A model generated the notes under the pieces. It saw only the letters and a program-made list of their open reading frames with translations. It made no database searches and was not told the origin of the DNA. From assembly GCA_964106645.2 (NCBI GenBank), contig OZ067048.1: DNA of 64,000 nt; one strand, 5' to 3'. The position numbers were made by a program, and so were the translations under genes. Source of the stretch: Podarcis pityusensis. Lineage: Eukaryota. Shown in pieces: positions 38,084-50,975 of the stretch (its first letter is position 1; each line of letters begins with the position of its first letter).

Positions 38084-39964
38084 CTGACTTCTGTGTTCAG
38101 TTCCATTGAAGTCTCGTGGCCTTCATTAGATTAGCCGAAGTCCCATTGACTCCAGTGATTCTTATTCAGCTTCTAAATCCAAGACCTTTGGTTTAAATGG
38201 ATTGTGGAGTGGGCTGTCACCCACCAAGATAATGATTGTGCTGAGCCATTTGGTTTCGAATGCTGTTCAGACACAATAAAAATCAACAACCCCTACACTT
38301 TTCGTAATTATCCTACTCACTGTAGTCTTGGCAGCATGGCTGCAGTTCAGTTTCTGCTGAACCAAAATAGCTACTGTAGGTGGGCTCCAATATGTTGAAG
38401 GAAAATGTGGAGGGTCACAGCATTTTGAGTTCTAATTTTATATTGTTATTTTGAGATTTGTGTGGTTTTCCAAACACTTTCCCTGTGGGGGTTGCAAGGA
38501 GTTAAAGAGGACAGATTGTATGTTTAAAAGAATAATACTTGTGATTCATGTTGAAAAGGGGAATATAGTAAAAAAAAAAACAAAAAAAACCCTCACATAA
38601 TACACAGAAAGAATCATTGGGACTAAGATGGTGTGTGGTGCATGAATTACATACTGCCTATCGTTCAGTATGTAATAAACGTTATCAGATGCTCCTGCAA
38701 TTGCTTTAGAAAAGGGCGCAAGGAATCAGTCATTACAAGTACAGCAAATACTGGAGTAATCAAAGTAATCAATTTACATATGTGTAATCAAAGGAGGATT
38801 TAGCTCAATTCAAACCTCGCTCCATATTCTGGATAAGAAAGCTTAGCTATCATTTGCAGCTGGGTTAGGAAACCTGTGACCCTCCAAAGATGGACAACAC
38901 CTCACTGCTAACCGCTGGTCATGTTGACAGGGCCGATGCAGGTTGGAACATAACAACATCTGGGTTCAAATGATGCGTGAAGTGAAAAATCTATGGTCAG
39001 CAAAAGGCTGGTAGATCAGAGTCAAAAACATGCTTTGGAAATGTAGTTCTTTCATTTCCTTTGATCTCTGACATGATGAATCATTATGGTTGTTGCTCCG
39101 CCTCTTGAGGCCACAGTACGTAAACACTTGAGTGCTAAGCAGAGGGAAAATGGAAGAGGACAAGCAGCTGCAATTCATGATTTGCTTGCTGAAAGATGAA
39201 ACAGTGGTTTGTCTTCACAAACCATGATTTGGCATGATATCTGAATTGAACCATTGATTGATAATTGTGTTTGCTGACCCAACATGATTTGTATTTATTA
39301 TTTCTTACCAGCTCATAGCTCTCTCTTTTTCTCTTATTTATTTAAACAATGGGATTTTTTAAGACCAGCTGGTGGCATCTGAATTCATTAAGCATGGGAA
39401 TTAAGCACAGGAAACTATGTTGATCAGGCTGTCAGTGAACGACTATACTCATATGTAAAGCTGTTTTCATTTTGTTTTGTTTTTTAAAGACGGGGCAACA
39501 TCTCTTGATTAGTTTATGATTGGGATTAATTTGGGTGTAGTCTCCGACCTTCAGTTCCAAAACTGCCATCTCAAAATCCTATCCCTCACCTAGCTTCTTT
39601 CTCATTTCAGCTCTAGCTGTGAAAAACTCTGTGTGTGTGTCTCTGCCTGCCTTTGTCTTCTGGTGCTATGCTTCCATTTAATATCTGACTCAGTCAGTGA
39701 AACAACTGAATTTGTAATTCACTTTGTAATTAGGAATGGATGAATTTGTCTGTTTCAGTTTCTCTCTGTTTGACTAATTTTGGTTCATCTCATTTCTGCA
39801 TACACTTCTTTTTAAAAAAAATCCACCTGAAAATTTCTGTGTGTTTTTTGTTTGTCATTTTGCCTTGTGTATGCATTTCCCCCAAGCAATCCCCCCCAAT
39901 AACAATGCATTGGTACATATTATTTTCAATAGCATACACTTTTTTATTTGTGCTATTCATTTCA

Positions 39965-40072
39965 TTGGAGGTTTCTAAGCAGAGGTTGGATGGCCATCTG
40001 TCACTGATGCTTTAGCTGAGATTTCTGCATTGCAAGGGGTCCCTTTCAACTCTACAATTCAATGAGTCTATG
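39965..40072 (+). mobile_element. CR1 3' terminus
   Basis: ttggaggtttctaagcagaggttggatggccatctg..gggtccctttcaactctacaattc, complementary to 23117-23230. Confidence 0.8.
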
Positions 40073-40119
40073 CTGGAATAACAGCTGCCTATCACACTCT
40101 GGACTTTACCTGAGGGTAT

Positions 40120-40245
40120 GGCACATGAAGCAACCACTTTGCTGAAGCTAAGCAAGTCTGGATCTTGTCAATGCCTAGACACATGCCTAAGAACCTCATG
40201 CACACCACCTTGGGTTCCATGTTGGAAGACAGGATATAAATGTAA
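40120..40245 (+). mobile_element. 5S rRNA-derived SINE remnant
   Basis: gctgaagctaagcaagtctggatcttgtcaatgcctaga resembles the 5S A-box region (gaagctaagcagggtcgggcctggttagtacttgga); tail gggttccatgttggaagacaggatataaatgtaa. Confidence 0.55.
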
Positions 40246-41184
40246 GGGAATAAATGTAAATACAGAAAAAAGAAAGCAAATGATTAATATTTAAATAAAT
40301 TAAGAACAACATTCTTCCACCTCCAAGTTTCCCATACCTCCTGTTCCTCCCGCTTCAAGGTCTGAGGAAATGACAATGGGCACCTGAGAAAATAGGTGAC
40401 TATAAAGCCCTTTTCCCACCTCTGAATGCACTTCCTCAGTTTAAGCCCTCGGGCGTTTGCTGTAGTGCCTGAAGAGAGCTGCCAAGATTGAGAATTTTCC
40501 ATTTTTTCTAAAATACTAGGAGATTTAGAATATATAAACAGTTCTGCCCTACTATACCTAGTATTCAAAGTTCAAGTGCCTTTTTAAGGCAATGGACAGA
40601 CAACATGTTATTCTCAAATCAATGGAAACTCAGTACTTTTTTCTACATCGTCCGCACACAATCTTTATTTGTTGTATATTTTTATGCCCCTGAAAAGCGC
40701 TTCTTGAGAAACTGGTATTATTCTGGAAATAAAAGCTCATTGTGGAATAATTCTAGAATATGCCACAGTGTGTCTATTTGAAAACAGATGAAAACAGATG
40801 TAGGAAGCCTTGGCAATGAGGTTGTGTGTGTATCCACAGCTGCCCAGATACAGATTCTCTGTTATGAGGTTATAGACGTGAACAACACACCTGACAATTG
40901 ACACTGTGTGTGGATGTATATCAACATCACAATCCACATTTCCTTCGTCATTCACCTGGGGCATGTACAGGAAGCAAAAGGCATGGATAACCTAATAAAG
41001 AGGAAAGTTTTCAAATGTGTCTCAAGTAACCAAATGTATCCTTATGGATGGCAAGATCTAGAATCAATCTAGATTGAAATCAGCATGTTGAGGATGAGCA
41101 TAAACGATTCTGGAATGAGGAAAAAATAATATTTTTTGTACTATAAATGAGTTAGTGTGCATGTAGCCAACGACTCAGGGTGCT

Positions 41185-41915
41185 TTGTGTGACCAGGCCG
41201 CGACAGCCCCAGCCCCCAGGGATCACAAGAAAGAAAGAAAGACTCTGAAAACGTGTTATGGAATTAAAATTAGGCCACAACTTTATTAAACTTCTGAATG
41301 TAGGAAGACCTTGGCTTAGACCTTGGGCATGTATCCTTCCCAGCCCTCCAGCCGGGGGAACTGGGGCACATCAAGGTAAATGGGATATGGGGGTACACTG
41401 CGAGACGTATGTGTACACAGGCAGCCCAGCCCATATCCCCACACACAGGGTAGTTCACTGACAACTTTTCAGTGTATGGCCATTGACACCCATTATATAA
41501 CCACTTTTAAGAGGGGACCCTGGAATTGCCACCACAGGGGGTGAGTCATCACTTCATGCCCCACCTCCACCCTCATTATAAGGAAGAAAAGGCTAAAGGA
41601 TTCCACCCAAGGCCATAAACCGCCAAAGTTGTGATGAATTGCTACGGGAAAGACAAAACCTGCCAATACAGGAAAAATTCTTCCCGGTCCTTCAACAGCA
41701 ACCAGTCAAAGAATGTAGCAGCACCCGCTGAACAGGAAGAAAAAGTTCACCTGCAAACAAGAAAACATTAAACTAAGGGAGGGTAGGGTGGGTGAATCGC
41801 CTGAGCAACTTGACTACTGAGGCTGGGCCTGAACTTCCAAATAATAACACTGAGAGGCAGGCCAGCCCCTCTTTGCCATTAAGCTCCCTGGGAACTGTAG
41901 CACCGCGCGCGATCC
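41185..41915 (-). mobile_element. LTR-like solo unit, copy 3 (possible Ngaro/DIRS-type repeat)
   Basis: Reverse strand has cccaccctaccctccc, acceptor ttttcttgtttgcag, gtagcaattcatcacaac, aataaagttgtggcc; ends cacacaa. Confidence 0.75.
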
Positions 41916-42929
41916 CACAAAGGACACCCACAATGTAAAGTGTGAGTGCTCATTGTCAAATTCCTGTTTCAGTCTTGCATCTGACTGTCAGCTCATTACA
42001 AAGATGGAGGTATGAGTGTGTCTATTTTGAAATTCTTTCCTTCTCCTCACTGTTTCAGCCTAGTGTTATGGAAAAGTAATGCCAGGGGCATTCAGCACTA
42101 TCACCCTGTACACCTCATTGGGACTCAGCACATGCTAACACCTTTATGAATATATTTGTTCATCACCAGAATGGACAGAGCCAGAATTCCGACATCTCCC
42201 AAATACTTTTCTAATTGGCTGTTGTGTTTGTCTGACCGGGGTTGGCAGTCTAATAGACATTCTCAGACATGCTGATGAGTCACCTGACACAGAAGGAGTC
42301 AAGGATAGAGCCTGCCAATTGGTCGCTCAGTGGGAAGATTAGACTAGTTGCTATTTAAATCAACAGCAGAAGTGTCAGCATATCTGCAATATTTTAAAAT
42401 CACAGAGCAGGAAGAAAGACGTTGAGAAGAATAAGGGGTGAGGGACACAGATACCTTCCTCCTTTCCTGGGCTAATGTTGGATTTGCGGTGTTTACAAAC
42501 AGCTGTTACAACAGCCCAAAGCTCTACAGAAAAAAATGTGACACATCTAAGAATCTGACAGTCAAACTCGAGCATTTGTTCAGATGGTCCCCTTCTATGG
42601 TTTAAGGTAACAGGAGCCTCGGTAGCTGTGGTATTTGTCACCATAACAGCTGTGTTCGTGGTGGCGGCGGCAGCTGTGTCCTTTCTTGTTGTCTAACTTA
42701 CTGCAGATAACATCAAGACATAGTTTGTTCATCTTGCTGACTTCATTCACAAGCTAAACTGTATTTTTAAGAACCAGACTTTAAATGCTTATATAAAGGA
42801 TCCCCCAGATGAATTGTTTATTCCACGTTCATTCTGATTTGCTTGCACAAAGCTTATCCAGTGGTTAGACTATGTCTGGTTCAGTCTTTCTTGAAGATGC
42901 ATTCTGATTTGTTTGTGGGGTGGTTGTAC

Positions 42930-45900
42930 TGCTGCACCGTGAGTGTTGGGGAAGGCCGCTCCCTCTTCAGGCTGATTCCACCTGGCCTAGGGGCGGGGCC
43001 CAGACTCACCTCCGCTACAGTTTTAAGGACACTGGTGCTGCTGCAGCAAATGTTAAAAATGTTTTTATATATTTTAAAGTATTTTAAAGGTGTTTTTACT
43101 TTTTACTTTATTGTACCACCGTGAACAGTGGTTTTTATCTATGTATTTTTATTTTGTTCTGTTTTATTGTGGTTTGGGGTGGGGATTGGTTTTGTTTAGG
43201 TAGAATTGTTTTCAGTTTGGTTTGGTTTTCTATTTTGTAAATGGAGGCTTGTATGAGGCTTGGGATTGCTACCGTGGAGGGGCGAGGGAGGTATGGTGGT
43301 GGGGGCAGATGTTATAGGCGAAGGGGATCGAGATACGGATATGCTCGTACCCCTTCCAATCTGCGCCCCATCCCGAGGGACGAGGGTAGGGTGAGCAAGG
43401 ATTACTCACCTCCGTCACTGGTGTTGTGCAATGCCAGGTCTATAGGCAACAAAACCGCCACTCTGCGAGATTTCTTTACATCGCAGGGGGTTGACCTGGC
43501 TTGTGTGACGGAGACCTGGGTACGCGAAGGGGCAACAGTTACCTTACGAGAGATGGCGCCCCCGGGTTTCTCCGTCCTCCACCAGTCGCGGACTGTGGGC
43601 CGGGGGGGAGGGGTGGCATTATTAATCCGGAAAGATTGTCCTTTCAGGGCTCTACCATCGCCATCGATCCCCGGCATTGAATGTGTTGGCCTAGTGTGGG
43701 GCTCTGAGGTGAGCTTGGCTGTCTGGCTGGTGTACCGGCCACCTAGCGCACCAGCAGCCACCCTGTCAGGCCTACTGGAGGCGGTGGCCGGCTGGGCCTT
43801 GGAGTTCCCTAACCTATTGGTATTGGGGGACTTCAACATCCATGCTGATGCCACTCCCTCCTCACAGGCTCTGGACCTGGTGTCTTCCATGGCAACACTA
43901 GGGCTCTCCCAGTTTGTTTCAGGCCCCACACATCAAGCAGGCCACACGCTGGATTTGATCTTTGGCGTAGGTATAGATGTAATCATGTCTCCTTCAATTA
44001 AGGTGCCATGGTCTGATCACTACGCTCTGAAAGCCAGGATTGACTTTCCACCCCCACCCTGCTTAGGTGGCGAGCCGATTTGGGCTCGCCCGCAGAGGCT
44101 GATGGACCCTGATAGATTCCGTCAAGCCTTGCGGGACCTTGCTCCCCCTGGCGACTCATTGACTGAGCTTGTTGAGGGCTGGAATACCCAGCTCCTGGCA
44201 GCCATAGATGAGATCGCACCTAAGCGCCCTCTGCGACTCCGCAGAAACCGGGCTCCCTGGTTTACCGAGGAGCTTCGGAAAATGAAGCGGGACCTCAGAC
44301 GGCTAGAGCGAGTATGGCGGGGTGCCCGTGACGGAGCCTCAAGAACATCTTATAGGGTTTTTATGAAAACCTATGAGATGGCGGTGAAGGCCGCTAAGAA
44401 GTCTTACTTCTCGGCCTCCATTGCATCCGCTAGCTCTCGCCCGGCGCAATTATTTAGTATAATTAGGTCTTTAACGTCCCTTGAAGGACAGCCAAATTTA
44501 AATAACAATCTGACACACAGCTGTGAGGCATTTGCGAGCTTTTTTGCGGAGAAGGTCCTGTTGCTCCGCCATGACCTCCCTGCCAATTTGGATACAATAA
44601 AGGAACTGGAGGCCCCTCGACTGTCCTCGGGTCCAGTATTGGACCACTTTGATCGGATATCCCCAGCCGATGTGGACAGACTCCTCCGAGCTGGAAAGCC
44701 CACCACCTGTCCTCTTGACCCGTGCCCGTCTTGGCTGATTAGAGCGTGTCCAGACGAGGTGCGGGCCCCCCTGGGGGATATCATCAATTTGTCCCTTGGC
44801 ACCGGGATATTTCCAGGGGAATTGAAGGAGGCAGTGGTGCGCCCGCTCTTAAAGAAAACATCATTAGATCCCTTAGATCTATCCAATTACCGCCCGGTTT
44901 CGAATCTTCCATTCCTGGGTAAGGTGATTGAGAGAGCGGTTGCTGAACAGCTTGGTAGGTTTCTGGATGAAACATCGGCTCTGGATCCATTCCAGTCTGG
45001 CTTCCGCGCTGGTCATGGGACCGAGACGGCTCTGGTCGCCCTAACAGATGATCTCCACAGGCAGCTGGATCGAGGCGGGTCGGGGCTGCTGATTCTTCTA
45101 GACCTGTCAGCAGCCTTCGACATGGTTGATCACGAACTCCTGGACCACCGCCTTGCCGACGTGGGGATCCAGGGCACAGTCCTTCAATGGCTGCGCTCGT
45201 TTCTCTCCGGTCGGGGACAGAGGGTGGCGCTTGGGGGGGAATTGTCATCCCGCCACTCCTTGGTGTGTGGAGTGCCTCAGGGTGCGATACTCTCCCCGAT
45301 GCTTTTTAACATCTTTATGCGCCCCCTCGCCCAGCTTGTCCGGAGTTTTGGGCTGGGTTGCCATCAGTATGCCGATGACACCCAACTCTATCTGTTGATG
45401 GATGGCCATCCTGACTCGGCCCCAGACACACTGACCAGATGTTTGGAAGCTGTGGCTGGATGGTTACGCGGAAGCCGGTTGAAGTTAAATCCTTCGAAGA
45501 CAGAGGTCCTCTGGCTGGGACGGGACGATATGGGATTGGGGGGGGCAACTCCCATCTCTTGCGGGGGTGCAATTAGTGCCAGCACCGTCCGTTAAGAGTT
45601 TGGGTGTAATCTTCGATACCTCCCTCTCTATGGAGGCGCAGATTACAGCTATAACAAAGGCGGCATTTTTTCATCTCCGCCAAGCTAAGCAGTTGGCCCC
45701 TTATCTCTCTCGCCCTGACCTAGCCACTGTGATCCACGCGATGGTCACCTCCAGACTGGATTATTGTAACTCGCTCTACGTGGGGCTGCCCTTGAGACTG
45801 ACCCAGAAACTCCAGCAGGTGCAGAATGCCGCGGCGAGACTCCTTATGGGGTCTTCGCTGCGAGATCACATTCATCCGGTACTATACCAGCTGCACTGGC

Positions 45901-46425
45901 TCCCGGTGCAGTACAGGATCAGGTTTAAGGTGCTGGTTTTAACCTTTAAAGCCCTATACGGCCTAGGACCCTCGTACCTACGGGACCGCCTCTCCTGGTA
46001 TGCCCCACAGAGGAACCTACGGTCTGCAAATAAAAACATCCTGAAGGTCCCAGGCCTCAGAGAGGTTAGGCTGGCCTCAACTAGAGCCAGGGCTTTCTCG
46101 GCTGCGGCTCCAATCTGGTGGAACGCTCTGTCACAAGAGACTAGGGCCCTGAGGGACCTGACATCTTTCCGCAAGGCCTGCAAGACAGAGTTGTTCCACC
46201 AGGCCTTTGGTCAGGGCCCAGCCTGACTCCCACCTCTGGCAACCTGCACAGAACTTTGCTTAACGGTTGCCATTAATTTGATTTTAATTAATTTTTATAA
46301 TGAAATGTTTTAGAATGTTGGATTATTTGATTGTTTGATTATTTGTTTGTTGTTAGCCGCCCTGAGCCTGGCTTTGGCTGGGGAGGGCGGGATATAAATA
46401 AAATTTATTATTATTATTATTATTA
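42930..46425 (+). mobile_element. Near full-length L2-clade LINE (5' boundary approximate)
   Basis: GC-rich leader, T-rich spacer, APE-RT ORF, 3' stem-loop gttagccgccctgagcc..ggctggggagggcggg and (TTA)n tail. Confidence 0.92.
43241..46226 (+). CDS. L2 endonuclease/reverse transcriptase polyprotein (~994 aa), one +1 frameshift in G8 at 45538-45545
   Basis: APE motifs NARS, ETW, GGGV, YRPP, GDFN, TLD, SDH; RT motifs YRPVSNLPFLGK, QSGFR, LDLSAAFD, GVPQG..LSP, YADD; removing one G fuses the 784-aa and 219-aa ORFs (..LGGQLPSLAGVQLVP..). Confidence 0.93.
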
Positions 46426-47020
46426 CTGCAACAAGCACTCATCCAGATCCATTTGCAAGGTGTTTGCACGCCTTCCTGTTCACCCCACACTTTTCAATGC
46501 ATTTCCTCAGCACTTTCCAAGCCACAAGAAGCCTCTTCTTCTTTTTAAAAAAATATATATGTGGATTTGCTGTGCTAGGGCAAGAGTGTGTTAATCCACT
46601 TCAGATGTGCAAACCTGAAGTTCTGGTATGCCCTTAAAGGCTTTCTGCAAAATACTGGTGGTCTTGAGGCACCCTACATTTCTCTTCTTCTCTGCTCAAT
46701 GCATTAATACTGAAAGTAGGGAGAAAGAGGAAGTTCCTCAGAATGTGACAGGAGCAGGGCTGTCTCAACTCCTTCTGAGAATGTGTCTTTCTCCACTTTA
46801 ATTCTTTCATACTAAGAATTCTCTGTGGCACTTTCTGTTAAAGTAAAGGCAGTCACTGCAAGGAATGCTGGGAGAACACAAGAAGAGAAAACATTTCCTT
46901 TGAGTAATGTGTCCTACCATCTGCATCTGTGTATAAAAAGTTGATGAAGAAACTCAAGAACAACTTTGAAAGGAGAAACTAATGTTGTGTAGTGCTTGTG
47001 TAAAAGAGAATAGAAGAGAT

Positions 47021-47370
47021 ATGGTGGTGCTGTGGTCTAAACCACTGAGTTTCTTGGGCTTGCCCATCGGAAGGTTGGCGGTTCGAATCTGCGCAATGGG
47101 GTGAGCTCCCATTGCTCTCTCCCAGCAATGGGAGTGCAGGTAAATAAATAGGTACTACTGCGACAGAAAGGTAAACAGCATTTCCATGTGCTCTGGCACT
47201 CATCACGGTGTTCTGTTGCACCAGAAGCGGTTTAGTCATGCTGGCCACATGACCCAGAAAGCTGTCTGTGGACAAACGCCAGCTCCCTCGGCCTGAAAGC
47301 AAGATGAGCGCTGCATCCCACAGTCGCCTTTGACTGGACTTAACCATCCAGGGGTCCTTTACCTTTATCT
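47021..47370 (+). mobile_element. Sauria SINE, full length
   Basis: Head ggtggtgctgtggtctaaaccactgag..ggttcgaatc (A/B-box-like), core ttagtcatgctggccacatgaccc, tail ggggtcctttaccttt. Confidence 0.9.
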
Positions 47371-49289
47371 AAAAGAGAATGATAGAATGAGCCGTGGTAA
47401 CAAATGTAAGTCACTGCAATGCATATGGACACCAGTTTTGGAAGCACCGTTATTTATAAAGTCCTTGTGCTGTCCCAAACAAGCCGCTGGTTTCATAGCA
47501 GAGGAAAATGGAGACAATATGTGTAAGTAATCTCTGCCATAACCCATGTTGCATATCCTGAATTTGAATGAAAAATTCAGGAGGGTGGTTTTACACACTT
47601 TTAAGTTGCATTGGTATCATCATCATTATTTTGATTTTGATTTATGGGCACCAACCAATGGATGGTGTCCATTGGGACTACTCAGGCAAAAGGCAGTGCC
47701 CCATTCACCCTAATACACCAAGCTCCACTACATGTCACCCCTATAATGATTTCAGGGGGGAAAAACAAGTCACAAAGCTGTCTGCTGTGTATTTAATTCA
47801 CTGGTTAAGTACAGGCCTAGTTTCTAATAATTTCTTGCTATTCATGGAGGAGAGGGCTGTCAATGGCTACTAGCCATTATGGTTGTTGTTCTGCTTCCAC
47901 AGCTGGAGGGAGTAATATTTCTGAGTACCCGTGGCTGGAAACCACAGGAAGAGAGAGTGCTCTTGTGCTCAAATCCTACTTGTGAGTTTCCCACAGGCAT
48001 CTGGGTGGCCACTGTGACAGCAGGATGCTGGACTAGATGGGCTCAAAATTAAATGGCAACTCCCCATGCCCCAATAGCTCCATGAGAAAACAATGTTTGA
48101 CCCAATACCTCAAGTGATCAGTGACTATCCTTTTCCAGACTGTGAGTTTAAAAAATAGCAAAGATTAAAGCAAACTTCTCCCCCAAAAATGCACTGAAAT
48201 TATTGAATCACATATGGTGGGTTTCCTTCCCCCATTCTCTCTCTCTCTCTCTTTCTCTCACTTTGTCTTTTTTTTATAGGATCAGTTGTTAAGATCCAGC
48301 CCTTTAGGTCACATGCTTTATATAGCACTTATGTTTTGTGTGTGCCATGCCACTGAAACCCTAGATCTTTTCTAGCAAGTGCAAAGACAGCGCTTAGCAT
48401 TTCTCGGATGCATATAGTTTAGTGCAAATAGATGTCAGGAATAATTTTCTCTTTTATCCTGCTAAACTTTACAGGTTGCAGCAGTGCATCTGAATACTTC
48501 TGAGAAGCTTTGACGTGCATACGTTCAAAAAATTCACAGAGCATCTGTTGTGAAAAACAAAAAGATTATAACTTCCAATTTAAATTACTAAGTTTCTCCC
48601 TCCCTCCCTCTCTTTCTCTCTCTCTCTCTTTTTAAAAAAGCTTGTTATTGAAAGAAAACAGAATATCAGTCATGGGAAAAGCAATAAAATTGACAGCAGG
48701 CAGGGATAGGAGTGACAAGCTCAGCTAGATACAGCTGGCAAAATTAATTTACCTGGAGGATAAGGTTGCATGTGAAGCTGCAGGTAAGACCAAAATTAGG
48801 CCAGAACAAAATTTGGATCTGAATTCCAACAAATCAAATTGCAAAATAGATTCAGGGTTTTGAATCTCCTCCTCCTTTACTCCTTGCACCCTGGATCCAT
48901 ATCATGAACTATAAAGTGCTTTTTTTGGCTCAAGGAAACCTTTTTAATGTAAAACTACATCACGTGTTACCTACCTGAATCCTAAAATGGAGAGAATCTT
49001 TGCATCGGAAAATATATATTTATATGTATCAAATAAAAGGTAGAGTAGCAGAGGATGAAGATCGGTTGTAGATACAAGGAAAGAATTCAAAGAACTGAAA
49101 TTTAACTATGAGCAGATTAGACACATTAATTTTTAAGAATATGAAAAGGAAGTATTGGGACACAATGGCTGTATTTGGATGAATATTGAATGAATGTAAT
49201 ACAGTCCCCTCCCCTCCTCTCATGTGGCCACTTGGAGATGAAAAATGGATTTTCCTTCCATCTTAAACTAACCTCAGAAGGTTAGCAGA

Positions 49290-49456
49290 AGGGTTGTAGC
49301 TCAGTAGTAAGGCAAAAAGTTCCAGGTGCAATACCTGGCACCTCCAGTTAGCGGTGGGAGGATTCCTGCCTTGTACCCTGCAGAGTCACTTCCTATCAGT
49401 GCAGAGCTAGATGGACCAATAGTGTGACTCATTATAAGGCAGCTTCCTGTGTTCCT
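49290..49456 (+). mobile_element. tRNA(Ala)-derived SINE with CR1-type tail
   Basis: gggttgtagctcagtagta..ccaggtgcaatacctggcacctcca head; gagctagatggaccaat..tgactc..ataaggcagcttcct tail. Confidence 0.7.
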
Positions 49457-49871
49457 TTGTTCAACTATGGTTTGTTGAAATAAGTCAGCTGCATAGACCA
49501 AGATTTGAAGTTGGCTTGTTTTAGTACAGTACAATTAAGGCTTGCTGCAGTCTGCCTGGGTTTAGATAATAATGCTAAACCATGGTTTGTTAAAAAATGG
49601 AAGCAAAGGCTTCCAGACTCGTTGCAGTTTTATTGGAGGTGGAAGAGAGAGGGGCAGCTGATGAACCACAGTCATTCACATCACGATAAGCCATTGTTTC
49701 TTGTTACATCTGAATGCATTCAACATGGCTCATTGACAGGTTATGTAAACCACCACAGTTAGATCAGTTTCTAGTGAAAGTTGATAACTGACTGTAATCC
49801 AGAGGTCATCTTGAAATATAAATCTGTGTGCATTTGTTGCCTTCTTCAGGCATTCAGATCAAGTGTATATG

Positions 49872-50372
49872 TTTCAGGGACTGGGCAGAGGAGGAATGCT
49901 GGAGACCACCTCCTCAGCCTGACCCTTCCAGAGAAGAGGAAGACAGTTCAGAATTAGAACAGGAGTTTGAGGGAGGTCACAGCTCAGAGGCAGATGAGGG
50001 GGAAAGCTGGGAAATAATGGGAAAGGAGAAAGAAGAGAAATCACCAGGGGGTGACAGCTGATGGACACAGTGTCTTTAGAAAGCATTCTAGACCCCCACC
50101 CCTCTCCCAGAACCCGGCAAGCCTTGAAAGTAGGAGAGCAAAGAGCTCAGAGACAGAGGGCCATCACATAGAGGAGGTGATGACAATGTCGAATGAGGAA
50201 GTGGGAGAAAAGGGGGATAGAGAGTCACTTGGGACAACGCCATTATCCAAGAGGCTGTGTTCCAAAACCTCTCTCTGTAAATATTGGATAAAAAGTGGAT
50301 GGTAAGAAACTTTTCCTTGTCTTTGTACAGTCCTGGCGACTGGCCATAGGAGTTGCTTGCAGCCGTCTGACA
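49872..50372 (+). mobile_element. Solo LTR (Gypsy-like) with 5-bp TSD
   Basis: Perfect ATATG TSD (49867-49871, 50373-50377); termini TTTCAG (one change from TGTCAG) and CTGACA. Confidence 0.8.
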
Positions 50373-50884
50373 ATATGTAAAGTAAATACAGGAGGGAGAT
50401 GGCTACAAAGATTAGCATGCTAGCCTAGCTCCCGTCTCCATGCCTGTCATTTTGGGACTCATGGAGGGTGATTTTCTGAAATGGGGGTCTCCTGTACCTC
50501 TGGAGGCACTCTGTGTGCTTTAGAAAGCTGGCAGCTTCCATTAGTACAGGAGACCCTCCAAAATGCAGAGGGTAATTGGAATATTGACAGAAGAGCAGTT
50601 AGCAAGTTTATCCCCACCCCACCCCCGTTGCATGTTAACGCCAGTGCTTCTCAAGCTATCTGATGAGGTGGACAGGAAAACATCACCATCACCATGAAGA
50701 GATTTAAACATTTTCCTAACTAAGTAGCTCACTAAATATGGAGATTGAATGGCAGGTGCCTTGTCAGGTTGATGGTTTTCACACCAATCACTGCTGTTTT
50801 AAAGGATCACTGTGCCCTCCTTTCCCTCTGACCTCATTGCCACCTCCACTTACCACCTGCAAGTGAGAATTAGTCTTCTTCATG

Positions 50885-50975
50885 CATCTGTTGAAGTTGA
50901 TTCCAGTCCACAAAAGCTGATGCCATAATGACATGTGTTAGGCTTTCAGGTGTTACAAAACACTTTGTTGATTTT
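50885..50975 (+). mobile_element. Penelope-like element terminal remnant
   Basis: atctgttgaagttgattccagtccacaaaagctgatgcc..tgttaggctttcaggtgttacaa parallels the right arm at 29710-29778. Confidence 0.55.

Noticed and set aside
40338-40361. Possible 24-nt minus-strand microexon (cctcag|ACC..GAG|gtatgg)
   Set aside because: Weak pyrimidine tract, no host gene identified, and such AG..GT spacings arise by chance.
43402-46183. Several long antisense ORFs over the L2
   Set aside because: Shadows of a GC-rich coding strand.
49290-49350. tRNA-like sequence (also 37150-37220 and 63180-63238)
   Set aside because: Deleted or decayed SINE heads that cannot form a cloverleaf; not tRNA genes.
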